DNA of 54,920 nt. Origin: Candidatus Heimdallarchaeota archaeon. Lineage in GTDB: Archaea > Asgardarchaeota > Heimdallarchaeia > JABLTI01. Under the pieces are notes generated by a model, which was not told where the DNA came from, did no database searches, and saw only the letters and a program-made list of their open reading frames with translations. Location of the stretch: assembly GCA_019056785.1 (NCBI GenBank), contig DXJV01000082.1:1-54920 (forward strand), given 5' to 3'. Below, piece after piece: positions 19,890-28,924 of the stretch. The stretch's first letter is position 1. Each line of letters opens with the position of its first letter. Position numbers and translations under genes: made by a program.

Positions 19890-20744
19890 TTGAAAAAAGG
19901 ACTAAAAATTTTCTTTCCAATTTTCTTCATTGCAATTCTTCTTGGAACAACAACTGTTAAAGGGGATTACAATGTCGCTGTTGGAAATACATTCAAATAC
20001 GATGTAGTTAAATCAAGCTGGGACATTACCTTTGGAACCAATACTTCAAAAGGAACAGGTTTCAATTTCAAAGGTGTTAAATACCCCGTAGGCACACAAT
20101 TTACTGTTGAAGTAACAGCTGTTTCTCCAACCAGCAGTGTCGACTGGGATATGACTGTTGGAACTGAAACAGAATCAGGTTCTAACAATCTTTTCGATAT
20201 TATTGGAATTGCTTTTTCACTCTTCTTGCCGGTTATCTTTGCGAGTGGTTTATCCGGAAGTTGGAACCAAACAGAAATTGACCTTGGCCCATATATCTTT
20301 GATCTTTTCTTCGTGGAGCCTGTCTCATTCTCGGATTTCTTCTATGAACTTTCGAATGAGACATATGTTACTGAATCAATGTCTGATACTAATTTCGAAT
20401 TCAACAATGTTTATGGAGCTTTTGACAATTCGTCCACAATTGCCATATTTGAATGGCACTTCGATATCTCATATACAAACAGCGATGCAAACTTTGGTGG
20501 AATATATACTTTTAAGCTGGCTTTCGACAAAAACACTGGACAAGTAAAAGGACAATACTTTACTTTCGATTATGCAGGTACTGTTGATGGAGAAACCTTC
20601 AATTATAAATTCACCCAGTTAGTTGAAGATGAAAATTATAACATGCCTGGCGTAGGATTCATACCCGGCTTCGAATGGTTTGTCACACTACCAGTATTAG
20701 TATTACTTGGTAGTATAGTTGTCATTGTTCGAAGAAGAAAATAA
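19890..20744 (+). CDS. Surface protein (choice-of-anchor S-like) with GFIPGF C-terminal sorting signal
   Basis: GGTGA SD then TTG 19890; signal peptide; YNVAVGNTFKYDV; FDKNTGQVKG; GFIPGF-TM-RRRK. Confidence 0.8.
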   Translation: MKKGLKIFFPIFFIAILLGTTTVKGDYNVAVGNTFKYDVVKSSWDITFGTNTSKGTGFNFKGVKYPVGTQFTVEVTAVSPTSSVDWDMTVGTETESGSNNLFDIIGIAFSLFLPVIFASGLSGSWNQTEIDLGPYIFDLFFVEPVSFSDFFYELSNETYVTESMSDTNFEFNNVYGAFDNSSTIAIFEWHFDISYTNSDANFGGIYTFKLAFDKNTGQVKGQYFTFDYAGTVDGETFNYKFTQLVEDENYNMPGVGFIPGFEWFVTLPVLVLLGSIVVIVRRRK

Positions 20745-20754
20745 TTTGCTGTTC

Positions 20755-20781
20755 AAAAAGCGTAGCTTTGCTATGCTTTTT
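20755..20781. terminator. Bidirectional hairpin terminator between convergent genes
   Basis: AAAAAGCGTAGC-TTT-GCTATGCTTTTT, a 12-bp stem with one G-U pair on the + strand and U tracts on both strands. Confidence 0.7.
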
Positions 20782-20782
20782 T

Positions 20783-22045
20783 TTATTTCTTTTTTGGCCA
20801 TTCATCTACCATTGGATGGACATCTTTTGCAGCTATCCAACAAATTTCTTCATTTGGATATCGTAAAATTCCTTCATTTATCATAAAAATATAACCATCT
20901 ACTTCTGTTCGAATTTCAAATTCATCATTTTTTGGTCTTCCAAAAATATCTCTTGCATAAGCGATTATATCTCCTTTTCTCACCCTGTCCCCTTTTGATA
21001 CTTGTAAGTCAATTATTGCAGCGGTTTTCACTCTGGGATGACCTATGTATCTCACAGCTTCCCCCTGAGCGATAACCGGGATTTCAGTTATTTCTTCAAA
21101 TTCACCTTCAAGCATCTTTAGTTTTTTCAGAACATTAAAAATTCCTTTTGTTGCTGCTTTCACCACAGGCTTCTCTACGTCTCGATACATACCCAATTCC
21201 ACAGTAAAAGAGGGAATTCTTAGCACATTTAAGGCGGCTCCAGAAGTTGAACGATGCAATTTTTTAACCACATATTTCATAGGCGTTGTTTCTCTAATAA
21301 TCGTGAAACCAAAGGTAGAGATCAGATCCATAGTTTGGCTTAGTAGTTTCTTTGCTGCTTCCACTTCTTCAGGTCCTTTATTTGGATTATATAACACCCT
21401 ATCTTGAAAAACAAATGGAATGGATTTGATATAGGCATTATGTAAATCAATTAATACAGATGCAGATTGTTTCATTTCTTTGAACAATCGCGCCCAGATT
21501 TGCTCTTGTATTGATGGATAAAGTTCATCTTTATCATAAATTGCTAAAGGATCGACTTCTTTTTTCTTCTCGTCTCTCACTGCGAGGGCAACCTGCACAG
21601 CTTTTTGTGTAATTACTTTAAGATCGTCATTTACTTCCCCTTTTTTTTCAACAATTGTTTTTTCGCTTACGATCTCTTGTGGGGTCTGTTTTTCCTTAAA
21701 GGGATTTCCATCGGGAAACAACCGATTTGGATCTTTTTTATCATAATAAGGCACTCGAGATATGGTTCGTGATCCTGCTGGATTTAATGTTGGAATTGCG
21801 ACAATTGCTCCGGCCATTTTTGTGAGATTCAAATTATTTATTACGGAATGAATAACTGGGATACCTGTATATTCATCTCCATGAATATTTGCTGTCAACC
21901 AAACAACCGGCCCCTCCTTCAAACCTTGAGCGATAATTACTGGAAGTCTTTCAATAGTTCCGACAGGATGTTCAAAAGCTTCCCAATAACCATAAACCAC
22001 TTCTCCTGGCACGCCTTTGTTTTCTCCAACGTTAATCAGCATCAT
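20783..22045 (-). CDS. Succinylglutamate desuccinylase/aspartoacylase family (M14-like Zn hydrolase)
   Basis: IHGDE, DPNRLFP, IDLH, TVELG, C-terminal barrel-sandwich segment GDRVRKGD. Confidence 0.88.
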   Translation of the reverse strand: MMLINVGENKGVPGEVVYGYWEAFEHPVGTIERLPVIIAQGLKEGPVVWLTANIHGDEYTGIPVIHSVINNLNLTKMAGAIVAIPTLNPAGSRTISRVPYYDKKDPNRLFPDGNPFKEKQTPQEIVSEKTIVEKKGEVNDDLKVITQKAVQVALAVRDEKKKEVDPLAIYDKDELYPSIQEQIWARLFKEMKQSASVLIDLHNAYIKSIPFVFQDRVLYNPNKGPEEVEAAKKLLSQTMDLISTFGFTIIRETTPMKYVVKKLHRSTSGAALNVLRIPSFTVELGMYRDVEKPVVKAATKGIFNVLKKLKMLEGEFEEITEIPVIAQGEAVRYIGHPRVKTAAIIDLQVSKGDRVRKGDIIAYARDIFGRPKNDEFEIRTEVDGYIFMINEGILRYPNEEICWIAAKDVHPMVDEWPKKK

Positions 22046-22192
22046 TAAAACAACCTATAATATCATGCACAATTAAAAGGATTTTTTCATAGTTAAAATC
22101 TTTATGTTCGCTTAGTAGAGCTTAAAGCAATATTTTAATGTGTTAATTCAATTGACTTGTATATAAAACATAAGATTTCAGGTGAAACCAAT

Positions 22193-23110
22193 TTGAATAC
22201 AACACGAAAAAGAATCGCATCGTTTCTCAGCCTAATGATTCTTCTTTTAGCTGTCTCCGTTGCAACACGCTTTGAACAGACAACAATAGCCACATGGGGC
22301 GTACAAAAAAATGACACTTTCACCTATATTATTGAGGATTCAAATTGGTTAATAAATTTAGATGGCTATTGTCAAGATGGTTATGGTGCCACCTTCAAAA
22401 CCCTTGAGTTCAATGATAAAAGCTCTTTTAATTTACAAGTTCTTTCTGTAGATGAAAATTGGGGCGTTGAATTTCGAATCAATAATTCAACCGAAAGTAC
22501 CACTGGAACTATTTCTGAAGATGAATTTAAATTTGAAATTTTGAATAGAATTTATTATAGTATTTATGAGTGCCAACGGATTGTTACAGAAGGCTTTAAT
22601 GTCAAAGAAATCCAACAAGGGCCCGAGCTTCTCGATTGGTTCTTTATCCAACCAGAAACCAGAACATGGAATTATCTTTCAAATTTAAGTTCAGTCTCTT
22701 TTCATAACAACCTTCCCCGGACAAATGACATTTCAGGAACCTTCGTAGCAGAATTCACTCATGATAACTCTGAAGCGATGTTTGATCTCCTCTTAGATGG
22801 CTCAATAGAGAATAAAACCTTAGATACAAAAATCCAGTTTGAACATACTATGAAATTTGTTTGGAACGGTACAACAGGCGTACTCTTGGGTTATCGGTTC
22901 TCTGCTTATTTTCAAGGAACTTATGAAGGGCATGTTTTAAGCGAGCAAATTACAGTTGTTATGCGACTAAAAGGCTACATCCTTCCAAAATTCAAGTTTT
23001 TCACAGGGTTTATTCCTGGCTTTTCATTCTCAATGAGCATAGCAACTTTTTTGGTTATTGTTTCATTCTGGCTTATTTATAGAAAGAGAAAAAAAAGAAC
23101 AAAAAGCTAA
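22193..23110 (+). CDS. Surface protein (choice-of-anchor S-like) with GFIPGF C-terminal sorting signal
   Basis: GGTGA SD then TTG 22193; signal peptide; WGVQKNDTFTYII; WNGTTGVLLG; GFIPGF-TM-RKRKKR. Paralog of 19890..20744. Confidence 0.78.
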   Translation: MNTTRKRIASFLSLMILLLAVSVATRFEQTTIATWGVQKNDTFTYIIEDSNWLINLDGYCQDGYGATFKTLEFNDKSSFNLQVLSVDENWGVEFRINNSTESTTGTISEDEFKFEILNRIYYSIYECQRIVTEGFNVKEIQQGPELLDWFFIQPETRTWNYLSNLSSVSFHNNLPRTNDISGTFVAEFTHDNSEAMFDLLLDGSIENKTLDTKIQFEHTMKFVWNGTTGVLLGYRFSAYFQGTYEGHVLSEQITVVMRLKGYILPKFKFFTGFIPGFSFSMSIATFLVIVSFWLIYRKRKKRTKS

Positions 23111-23118
23111 AGTGATCT

Positions 23119-24009
23119 CTAATTCTTTTTCATTTTCAACAACCAATTTTTATTATATTCACCAATGTATGTAAAGCCTAAGGAGCCAGGGCCAACATGG
23201 GTACCAATAATTGGGCCCGCTTCTTGTATTAGGATTTTCTTCCCGTCATTATTATGGGCTTCCATTATATCAAAAAGATCTTTTGCTATTTGCTCTTCTC
23301 GTGTATGCCAAATAAAAACATAATCTGTCTTAGCATGATCTAAAATAAGAGGAGCAGCAAATTTCAATCGTTTCACAACCTCTTCGTGCCCCCGGATTGT
23401 TCCACCTGGTGTAACAAGCCCATTCTCAAAATGAAGAATTGGTTTAATGTTTAGAGCTGACCCGAAAAACTTTTTTGCTTTGCCAATACGTCCACCTCGG
23501 TAGAGATATTCGAGAGTGTCAACAACAACTATTAAGCGTGTTTGTGGGATAATCTCATCTAAACGTTGGAGGATTTCTTCTTTTGTCGCGCCTTTCTTCG
23601 CTAATTTTGCTGCTTCTAATACAATTAGACCTAGACAGGAAGCTGAAACTTTCGAATCGATAATTGTGATTGTTGCATCTTTAACCATATGAACAATCCT
23701 TTTAGCGCTTTGAATAGTTCCTGAAAGTTCTTTTGAGAGGAAAATCGCTATGATTTCATTTGAATATTGAGCGGCTTTTTCAAATGTTTCAAGAAAAGCT
23801 TTTGGGGTCGGGATCGCTGTTGTCGGAAAAGTAGGTCCTTTTACGAGCCGTTCATAGAACTCCTCTTTTGTAATTGTTCCAGTGTCACCATATAATTGGT
23901 ACACTTCGGTATCGAAAATCACTTGAAATGGGACGACAAAAATTCTGAAATGCTCAATCAGCTCTTTTGGCAAATCACAACTTCCATCGGTAACAATTGC
24001 TATGGGCAT
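23119..24009 (-). CDS. DegV family fatty-acid-binding protein
   Basis: IVTDGSCDLP, LSKELSGT, IDSK, YLYRGGRIG, LNIKPIL, IGTHVGPG. Start placed at ATG 24009. Confidence 0.92.
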   Translation of the reverse strand: MPIAIVTDGSCDLPKELIEHFRIFVVPFQVIFDTEVYQLYGDTGTITKEEFYERLVKGPTFPTTAIPTPKAFLETFEKAAQYSNEIIAIFLSKELSGTIQSAKRIVHMVKDATITIIDSKVSASCLGLIVLEAAKLAKKGATKEEILQRLDEIIPQTRLIVVVDTLEYLYRGGRIGKAKKFFGSALNIKPILHFENGLVTPGGTIRGHEEVVKRLKFAAPLILDHAKTDYVFIWHTREEQIAKDLFDIMEAHNNDGKKILIQEAGPIIGTHVGPGSLGFTYIGEYNKNWLLKMKKN

Positions 24010-24106
24010 AGATAGTAACAACTCTGGGAATTTATAATTCAATTTTTTTTACTTTGTCTAACTACAATCCAAATCACAATTAAATTTTTTGAATGAAATG
24101 GTTCTT

Positions 24107-25066
24107 TTACCATTCAATACCAAATTTCTTTCGAATTAACTTTAATTTTAATTGAGCTTCTTCGCTTAACTCAGCATAGGGTTTAAGGATGACAAATGAT
24201 TTTTCTTGCGGATTGATTTTCGCATTGATCTTCTTAGACTCAATCAATTTTGTCAATGCAAACTCGAAGGTAAACTCATCGCAGCCAAAACGTTCGCACA
24301 ATTTTGCAAAAGGAATGACTTCATTATGAATTGCATATTCAATGAGTTTCGGCAGTTCTTCTTCAATTGTTTCAATTATATCTTTTCTTCTTCGCTCTAA
24401 GTCTTTCTGACTTATATCTACAGTAAGAGGGTCGCTTCTTTGCGCTGCAGTTTCTTCTAGTTTCGGGGGAAGGGGAGCGATCTTTTGCTTTTCTTCTTCA
24501 ATCAATGCCTCGAGGTTGGGGATGTTCAAAATTTTTGCCAGCCTTTGGAGAGAGTCCAAAGCTTCGTCTCGAACATCTTTTTCTGGATCCGAGAGATAGG
24601 CAACAATTAGCGGCTTTATAACCTCCGGAGAATCTAATTGCGCTAAGGTATCTGCTGCAGCCATTCGCGTCTCTTTATCAGGGTCATTTGCAAGAACATG
24701 TAATAACACCGGAATAGCTTGTTGCGCTTTCATTAGCCCTAAAGAATAAATGACAATACCTCGAACAAAGGCATCTTTATCATCTAAACAGCCAATTAAA
24801 GTGTCCACGACTTTTTCATCGCCAAGTTGCCCGAGTGACATAGCTGCATTTGCTCTGACCTTTGCTGACGGGTCATTTTTTAAGACATGAATTAGGGCAG
24901 CAACAACAGAACTATCACCAATCCATCCTAATGAAAGTGCTGCTTGACTTCGAATACGTTCGTTTGGCGAGTTTAGCTGTTGGAGTGCCTCGGTTATTTC
25001 TTCGCTCGGATTCAATTTAAAGAAATTCCACCTAGGTAAATTTGTTAAAGATAATTTTTTTGACAA
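24107..25066 (-). CDS. HEAT (PBS-lyase-like) repeat protein with C-terminal PCI-like winged helix
   Basis: Five repeats (IRSQAALSLG, VRANAAMSLG, VRGIVIYSLG, TRMAAADTLA, VRDEALDSL), then IPFAKLCERFGCDEFTFEFALTKLIESKKINAKIN. Confidence 0.8.
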   Translation of the reverse strand: MSKKLSLTNLPRWNFFKLNPSEEITEALQQLNSPNERIRSQAALSLGWIGDSSVVAALIHVLKNDPSAKVRANAAMSLGQLGDEKVVDTLIGCLDDKDAFVRGIVIYSLGLMKAQQAIPVLLHVLANDPDKETRMAAADTLAQLDSPEVIKPLIVAYLSDPEKDVRDEALDSLQRLAKILNIPNLEALIEEEKQKIAPLPPKLEETAAQRSDPLTVDISQKDLERRRKDIIETIEEELPKLIEYAIHNEVIPFAKLCERFGCDEFTFEFALTKLIESKKINAKINPQEKSFVILKPYAELSEEAQLKLKLIRKKFGIEW

Positions 25067-25129
25067 TACCTAATGCTAGTCAAAAGTATTTGAAGATTAC
25101 TCAAAAATTGGGAGAAAAAAGAGCAGTGA

Positions 25130-25148
25130 GGGATTCACCAAGAATCCC
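25130..25148 (-). terminator. Hairpin downstream of pckA
   Basis: GGGATTC-N5-GAATCCC; minus strand continues TCACTGCTCTTTTTT. Confidence 0.55.
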
Positions 25149-25173
25149 AAAACCCTTTTGCTGTATAAAGTGT

Positions 25174-26817
25174 CTACTTTCCAGGGCAAACTTTGGCGAT
25201 TTCTGGGGCGATTTTCTCTGCATAGGCTTTGTCAAAATGCTTACTAAAGTCCTCCGCAAGTTTTCTTGCACGTTCTTCAAAGGCTTCCTTGTCGCTCCAA
25301 GTATTCTTGGGCCAGAGAACTTCATCAGGGACACCTTTGCAGCTTTTGGGAACCATAAGATGGAAAATCGCATCTTCTTGATATTCTACATCCTCGAGCT
25401 CCCCTTTAAGAGCTGCATCAACAAGTCGCCTTGTGAGGGTAATGTCCATTCGTTCACCAACACCATAGGGGCCACCACTCCAGCCGGTATTGATGAGATA
25501 AACTTGTGTTCCGTGTTTTTTCATTTTCTCGCCAAGTAAGGAAGCATAAACATCTGGATTTCGTGGCATGAACGGTTCACCAAAGAACCTCGAAAAGGTT
25601 GAGACCGGGTCCACTATTCCTGTTTCTGTTCCTGCTAATTTACTTGTATAGCCCATCAAGAACCAGAGCATTGCTTGTTCCGGTGTTAGCTTGGCAATTG
25701 GTGGAAGGACACCGTTTGCATCTGCTGTTAAGAACAAAATTGTCTTTGGATGTCTCCCTACTGGTGGCATTTTAATATTTGATAAGAAGGTTAATGGATA
25801 AGAACCGCGTGAGTTTGGTGTTAAACGATCATCAAAGAAATCGATTGACCCATCAGGATACATCATTGTATTCTCGAAAATGGCCCCATGATTCAAATAA
25901 TCATCCTCATGCATCATGGCATTATAAATTTCGGGTTCTTTGTCTTTCCGCAAATTGATCAATTTAGCATAACAGCCATACTCAAAATTTGCAATGCCAT
26001 TATCATTCCATCCATGCTCATCATCTCCTAGAAGAGCACGAGAAGGATCTGCAGAAAGAGTTGTTTTTCCTGTTCCAGAGAGCCCGAGCAACAGTGCAGT
26101 ATCACCATTTGGTCCCTCATTGGCAGAGCAATGGAGAGGAAGAATGCCCTCTTCAGGAAGCATGTAATTTAGAACTGTAAACATTAATTTCTTTATTGAC
26201 CCACAATAAGCAGAGCCAATTATTACCCCTAATCGACGGTCGAAATCCATGGCAACAATCATATTACTTGTTTGGCCATTTGGTAATTTCCGGAGGCGCC
26301 CCTCGTATTTTTTCGGGTTCAATTTATTATAGGGGAGTACTATCAAAGTAAACGGTTTATCTGCAAAAATACTCTTCTCAATGTCTTCTGGAAGCGGTCG
26401 AAACATGTTATAAGTAAAGAGCAAATGAAGTGCCCTATCACTAATCGTCTTCACTTTCACAGCATAAGAAGTATCCGCTATCAAGGATCTATCTGAGATG
26501 TAGATTTTTTCCTTGGCTTTCAAAAAGGACAGGGCATCTTCCCAAGCCATGTCAAATGTCTCTTCAGTAATGGGAATGCAATTTGGAGAGGTCCAATCAA
26601 TTGTATCCTCACTTTCCAGTCGTTTCACAATGACAGTGTCTTTTGGGCTCCTACCAGTAGATTCTGGGGGAGTCCATGTTGCAAGTGCACCATTTGCGCT
26701 CAAATAAGCTTCACGATTATCAAGTGATTCTTGAATTAATTCGCTTCGTTTGGGATTTGCAACCACATTTTTATGTGCTTTTATCATTTTTTCAAGGTTT
26801 CTTACTAGGTCCATCAC
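25174..26817 (-). CDS. pckA: Phosphoenolpyruvate carboxykinase (ATP)
   Basis: TGRSPKD, LHCSAN, GLSGTGKTTLS, GDDEHGW, GCYAK, NTGWSGG. Confidence 0.97.
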   Translation of the reverse strand: MMDLVRNLEKMIKAHKNVVANPKRSELIQESLDNREAYLSANGALATWTPPESTGRSPKDTVIVKRLESEDTIDWTSPNCIPITEETFDMAWEDALSFLKAKEKIYISDRSLIADTSYAVKVKTISDRALHLLFTYNMFRPLPEDIEKSIFADKPFTLIVLPYNKLNPKKYEGRLRKLPNGQTSNMIVAMDFDRRLGVIIGSAYCGSIKKLMFTVLNYMLPEEGILPLHCSANEGPNGDTALLLGLSGTGKTTLSADPSRALLGDDEHGWNDNGIANFEYGCYAKLINLRKDKEPEIYNAMMHEDDYLNHGAIFENTMMYPDGSIDFFDDRLTPNSRGSYPLTFLSNIKMPPVGRHPKTILFLTADANGVLPPIAKLTPEQAMLWFLMGYTSKLAGTETGIVDPVSTFSRFFGEPFMPRNPDVYASLLGEKMKKHGTQVYLINTGWSGGPYGVGERMDITLTRRLVDAALKGELEDVEYQEDAIFHLMVPKSCKGVPDEVLWPKNTWSDKEAFEERARKLAEDFSKHFDKAYAEKIAPEIAKVCPGK

Positions 26818-26945
26818 AGCAGCACTACCTTCTCAAATTTAACTTTATTTAGTATAATTTGAAACAGAGAAAAAAGAAAAGGAAGCTCTTTTAAAGTTTA
26901 TTTTAGTTTCTTGGAATTAACCTCTTCTAGCTTCATTAATTTTAT

Positions 26946-28634
26946 TCACTGATTTTTAGACTTGTTCTGTATCTTTAGAATCCGAACAATATCAACTATT
27001 ATGTAAACCATATAACTCAAAACTGTCAAACCAAAAAAGACGAGAAAACTGATGAAAACAGGATTTCCGGTAAAGGAAGCAAAATTCAAGACTAAAAGAA
27101 TTGAGGTAACAATTGTTAGTGGAGTAACAATAGCTAAGAAAGCGATTCTTTGCGGGGATCTTATGAGACGTTGCATTATCGTTTCCTTTTTATTTGTCTC
27201 TGCCTTTACATCCTCGAGTTCTTGTTCAAGACCATCAATTTTTGTCTGCATTTTTTCATATTCTTCTTGCAACGCATCACGTTCCTCTTCAAGGGCAACT
27301 TGCACTTTTGTTATTTCTTCAACAGTCAGTTCTTTTTCTTCTAAAGCTTTTTGAAGGGTTTCAATTTCTTGTTGCAAAACCATAAGCTCTTTTTTAGATT
27401 TTTCTCGCTCTTGATGAACTAGTTCCTGTACTTTCTGCTCATCAAGTAAGGTAGGTGAAGAAACTGTCACAGCTTTTGTTTGAACCTCTGTCAATTGCTT
27501 TTTAAGTTTTGTAATAGTGACTTTTTGTTTTTTAAGCTCGTTGCGCTTCTTTTTGAGATTTGTATTAAGCGTTTTAACCTTCTTCTCAACTTTTGTTAGG
27601 GACTTTTTCGTTTTTGCCAGCTCTTGTTCGAGAGAACTCTTCTCTTCTTGTAATAAAGCGATCTGTTCGTTTTTTAAAGCCAATTCTGCTGGTGAAATTT
27701 CGCTTTCTTTCGCTTCAGTGCTTTTCTTCTCGAGTGTTTTAAGCTCATCATCCTTTTGTTTTAACTCATCTTTATATGTTTTAACTGTAGACTCTAGTTC
27801 TTTTACCTGCTCCTCGAGTTTGATTCTTTGCGTAAGCTCAATTTTAAGCCGGTCTTCGAGTCGGGCAACTTTATCCTCTAAGGTAGAGGAACCTTCGAAT
27901 TTAACATTTGTTAGCTCTTTTTCTGCTTGTGAGAGCTCTTCTTTTAGAGAAGCAATTTTTTCATCTTTACGCTCTAATTCGTTTTCTTTTTTCTTGAGTG
28001 AATTTTTCGTATCCTTGAGAAGTTCTTCCAACTGTTGCTTCTCTTGAGAGAGGTCTCCGATTTCTTCTTGTAACGACTCAATTTCGAGCCGTTGTTGAGC
28101 TAGCACCTCTCCATGTTCTAATACTTGTTTTTCATAGTTTTCAATTGTTTCTTTTTGCTCGTCGATCAATTCCTGGAGACGGCTAAAGTCATCCATATTG
28201 TCTTCACTTAATTCATCGATATTTGCTCTCACTGTGGATAACTCTTTCTCTTTTTCAGCAAGTTGTTTAAGCAAATTTTCGACTTCTTTTTCGAGTTCTA
28301 AAATCCTTTCTCGAACTTCAATATCTATATTCACATTACTCGTCAAAGCACTGTTAATCGCATCCCTGAGGATATTTGTACCGTTTTCAGATGTATCAGT
28401 TAATAGTTGTTTGACGAGTTCTTTTTCGACATCTTTAATTTTATTTAAAACGTTGTTAACCTCTTGGGGATTGTAAGAGGATTTTGAGCCGGAAAATAAG
28501 GCGTTTGTTTTTTCTTCAAAGTTTGCTAGAAACGACATCTCTAAATTTGTACGCAAGTTTTGCATTTCTTCAAGGAAACGGAGAATAGAACGTTTTTTAA
28601 TAGTATCAATATTTTCTGTATTTATTTCAGACAT
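26946..28634 (-). CDS. Long coiled-coil protein with C-terminal two-TM anchor
   Basis: About 380 aa of heptad E/K/L-rich sequence, no NTPase motif, two TMs near the C-terminus; GGTG SD. Confidence 0.85.
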   Translation of the reverse strand: MSEINTENIDTIKKRSILRFLEEMQNLRTNLEMSFLANFEEKTNALFSGSKSSYNPQEVNNVLNKIKDVEKELVKQLLTDTSENGTNILRDAINSALTSNVNIDIEVRERILELEKEVENLLKQLAEKEKELSTVRANIDELSEDNMDDFSRLQELIDEQKETIENYEKQVLEHGEVLAQQRLEIESLQEEIGDLSQEKQQLEELLKDTKNSLKKKENELERKDEKIASLKEELSQAEKELTNVKFEGSSTLEDKVARLEDRLKIELTQRIKLEEQVKELESTVKTYKDELKQKDDELKTLEKKSTEAKESEISPAELALKNEQIALLQEEKSSLEQELAKTKKSLTKVEKKVKTLNTNLKKKRNELKKQKVTITKLKKQLTEVQTKAVTVSSPTLLDEQKVQELVHQEREKSKKELMVLQQEIETLQKALEEKELTVEEITKVQVALEEERDALQEEYEKMQTKIDGLEQELEDVKAETNKKETIMQRLIRSPQRIAFLAIVTPLTIVTSILLVLNFASFTGNPVFISFLVFFGLTVLSYMVYIIVDIVRILKIQNKSKNQ

Positions 28635-28924
28635 TTACTAGCACCCTTAAAATTTGTGTTTAAATGGATTAATCATGAAAGCAAACCCAACTTTTACAGT
28701 AAATTCTCTTAGAAGTCCATTTCAGACTTTTTAATACAATAATAAGCATCATTAAAAAGACTTATTTTTGGGGAAAAATGCCCTAATGAAAGTTCGGTAA
28801 TAGAAGAGTCCAATTCTTTTACAAGAGATACTTTTGATGATATTTGTAAAAAGTTTTTTATGGTCGCATCTATCCCAATATCAATGAATGCCAACATAAA
28901 TTTGTTAAGGCAGGGTAATCATCA

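Noticed and set aside
25121-25163. Hairpin after pckA considered as a SECIS element
   Set aside because: No in-frame TGA in pckA or its neighbours and no convincing SECIS core; better explained as a 3'-end stem.
25042-25539. 165-aa plus-strand ORF and 90-aa minus-strand ORF over the pckA end
   Set aside because: Overlap a well-conserved gene and its terminator hairpin; no recognisable motifs.
27052-28476. Several plus-strand ORFs up to 176 aa
   Set aside because: Antisense to the E/K-rich coiled-coil gene; Ser/Phe-rich composition is the expected artefact.
26946-28634. SMC/Rad50 call for the coiled-coil protein
   Set aside because: No Walker A/B, signature, hinge or zinc hook; it has C-terminal TMs.
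28635-28924. 290-nt gap with a 62-aa minus-strand ORF; considered as ncRNA or small gene
   Set aside because: AT-rich, no stable structure or SD seen; consistent with divergent promoters.
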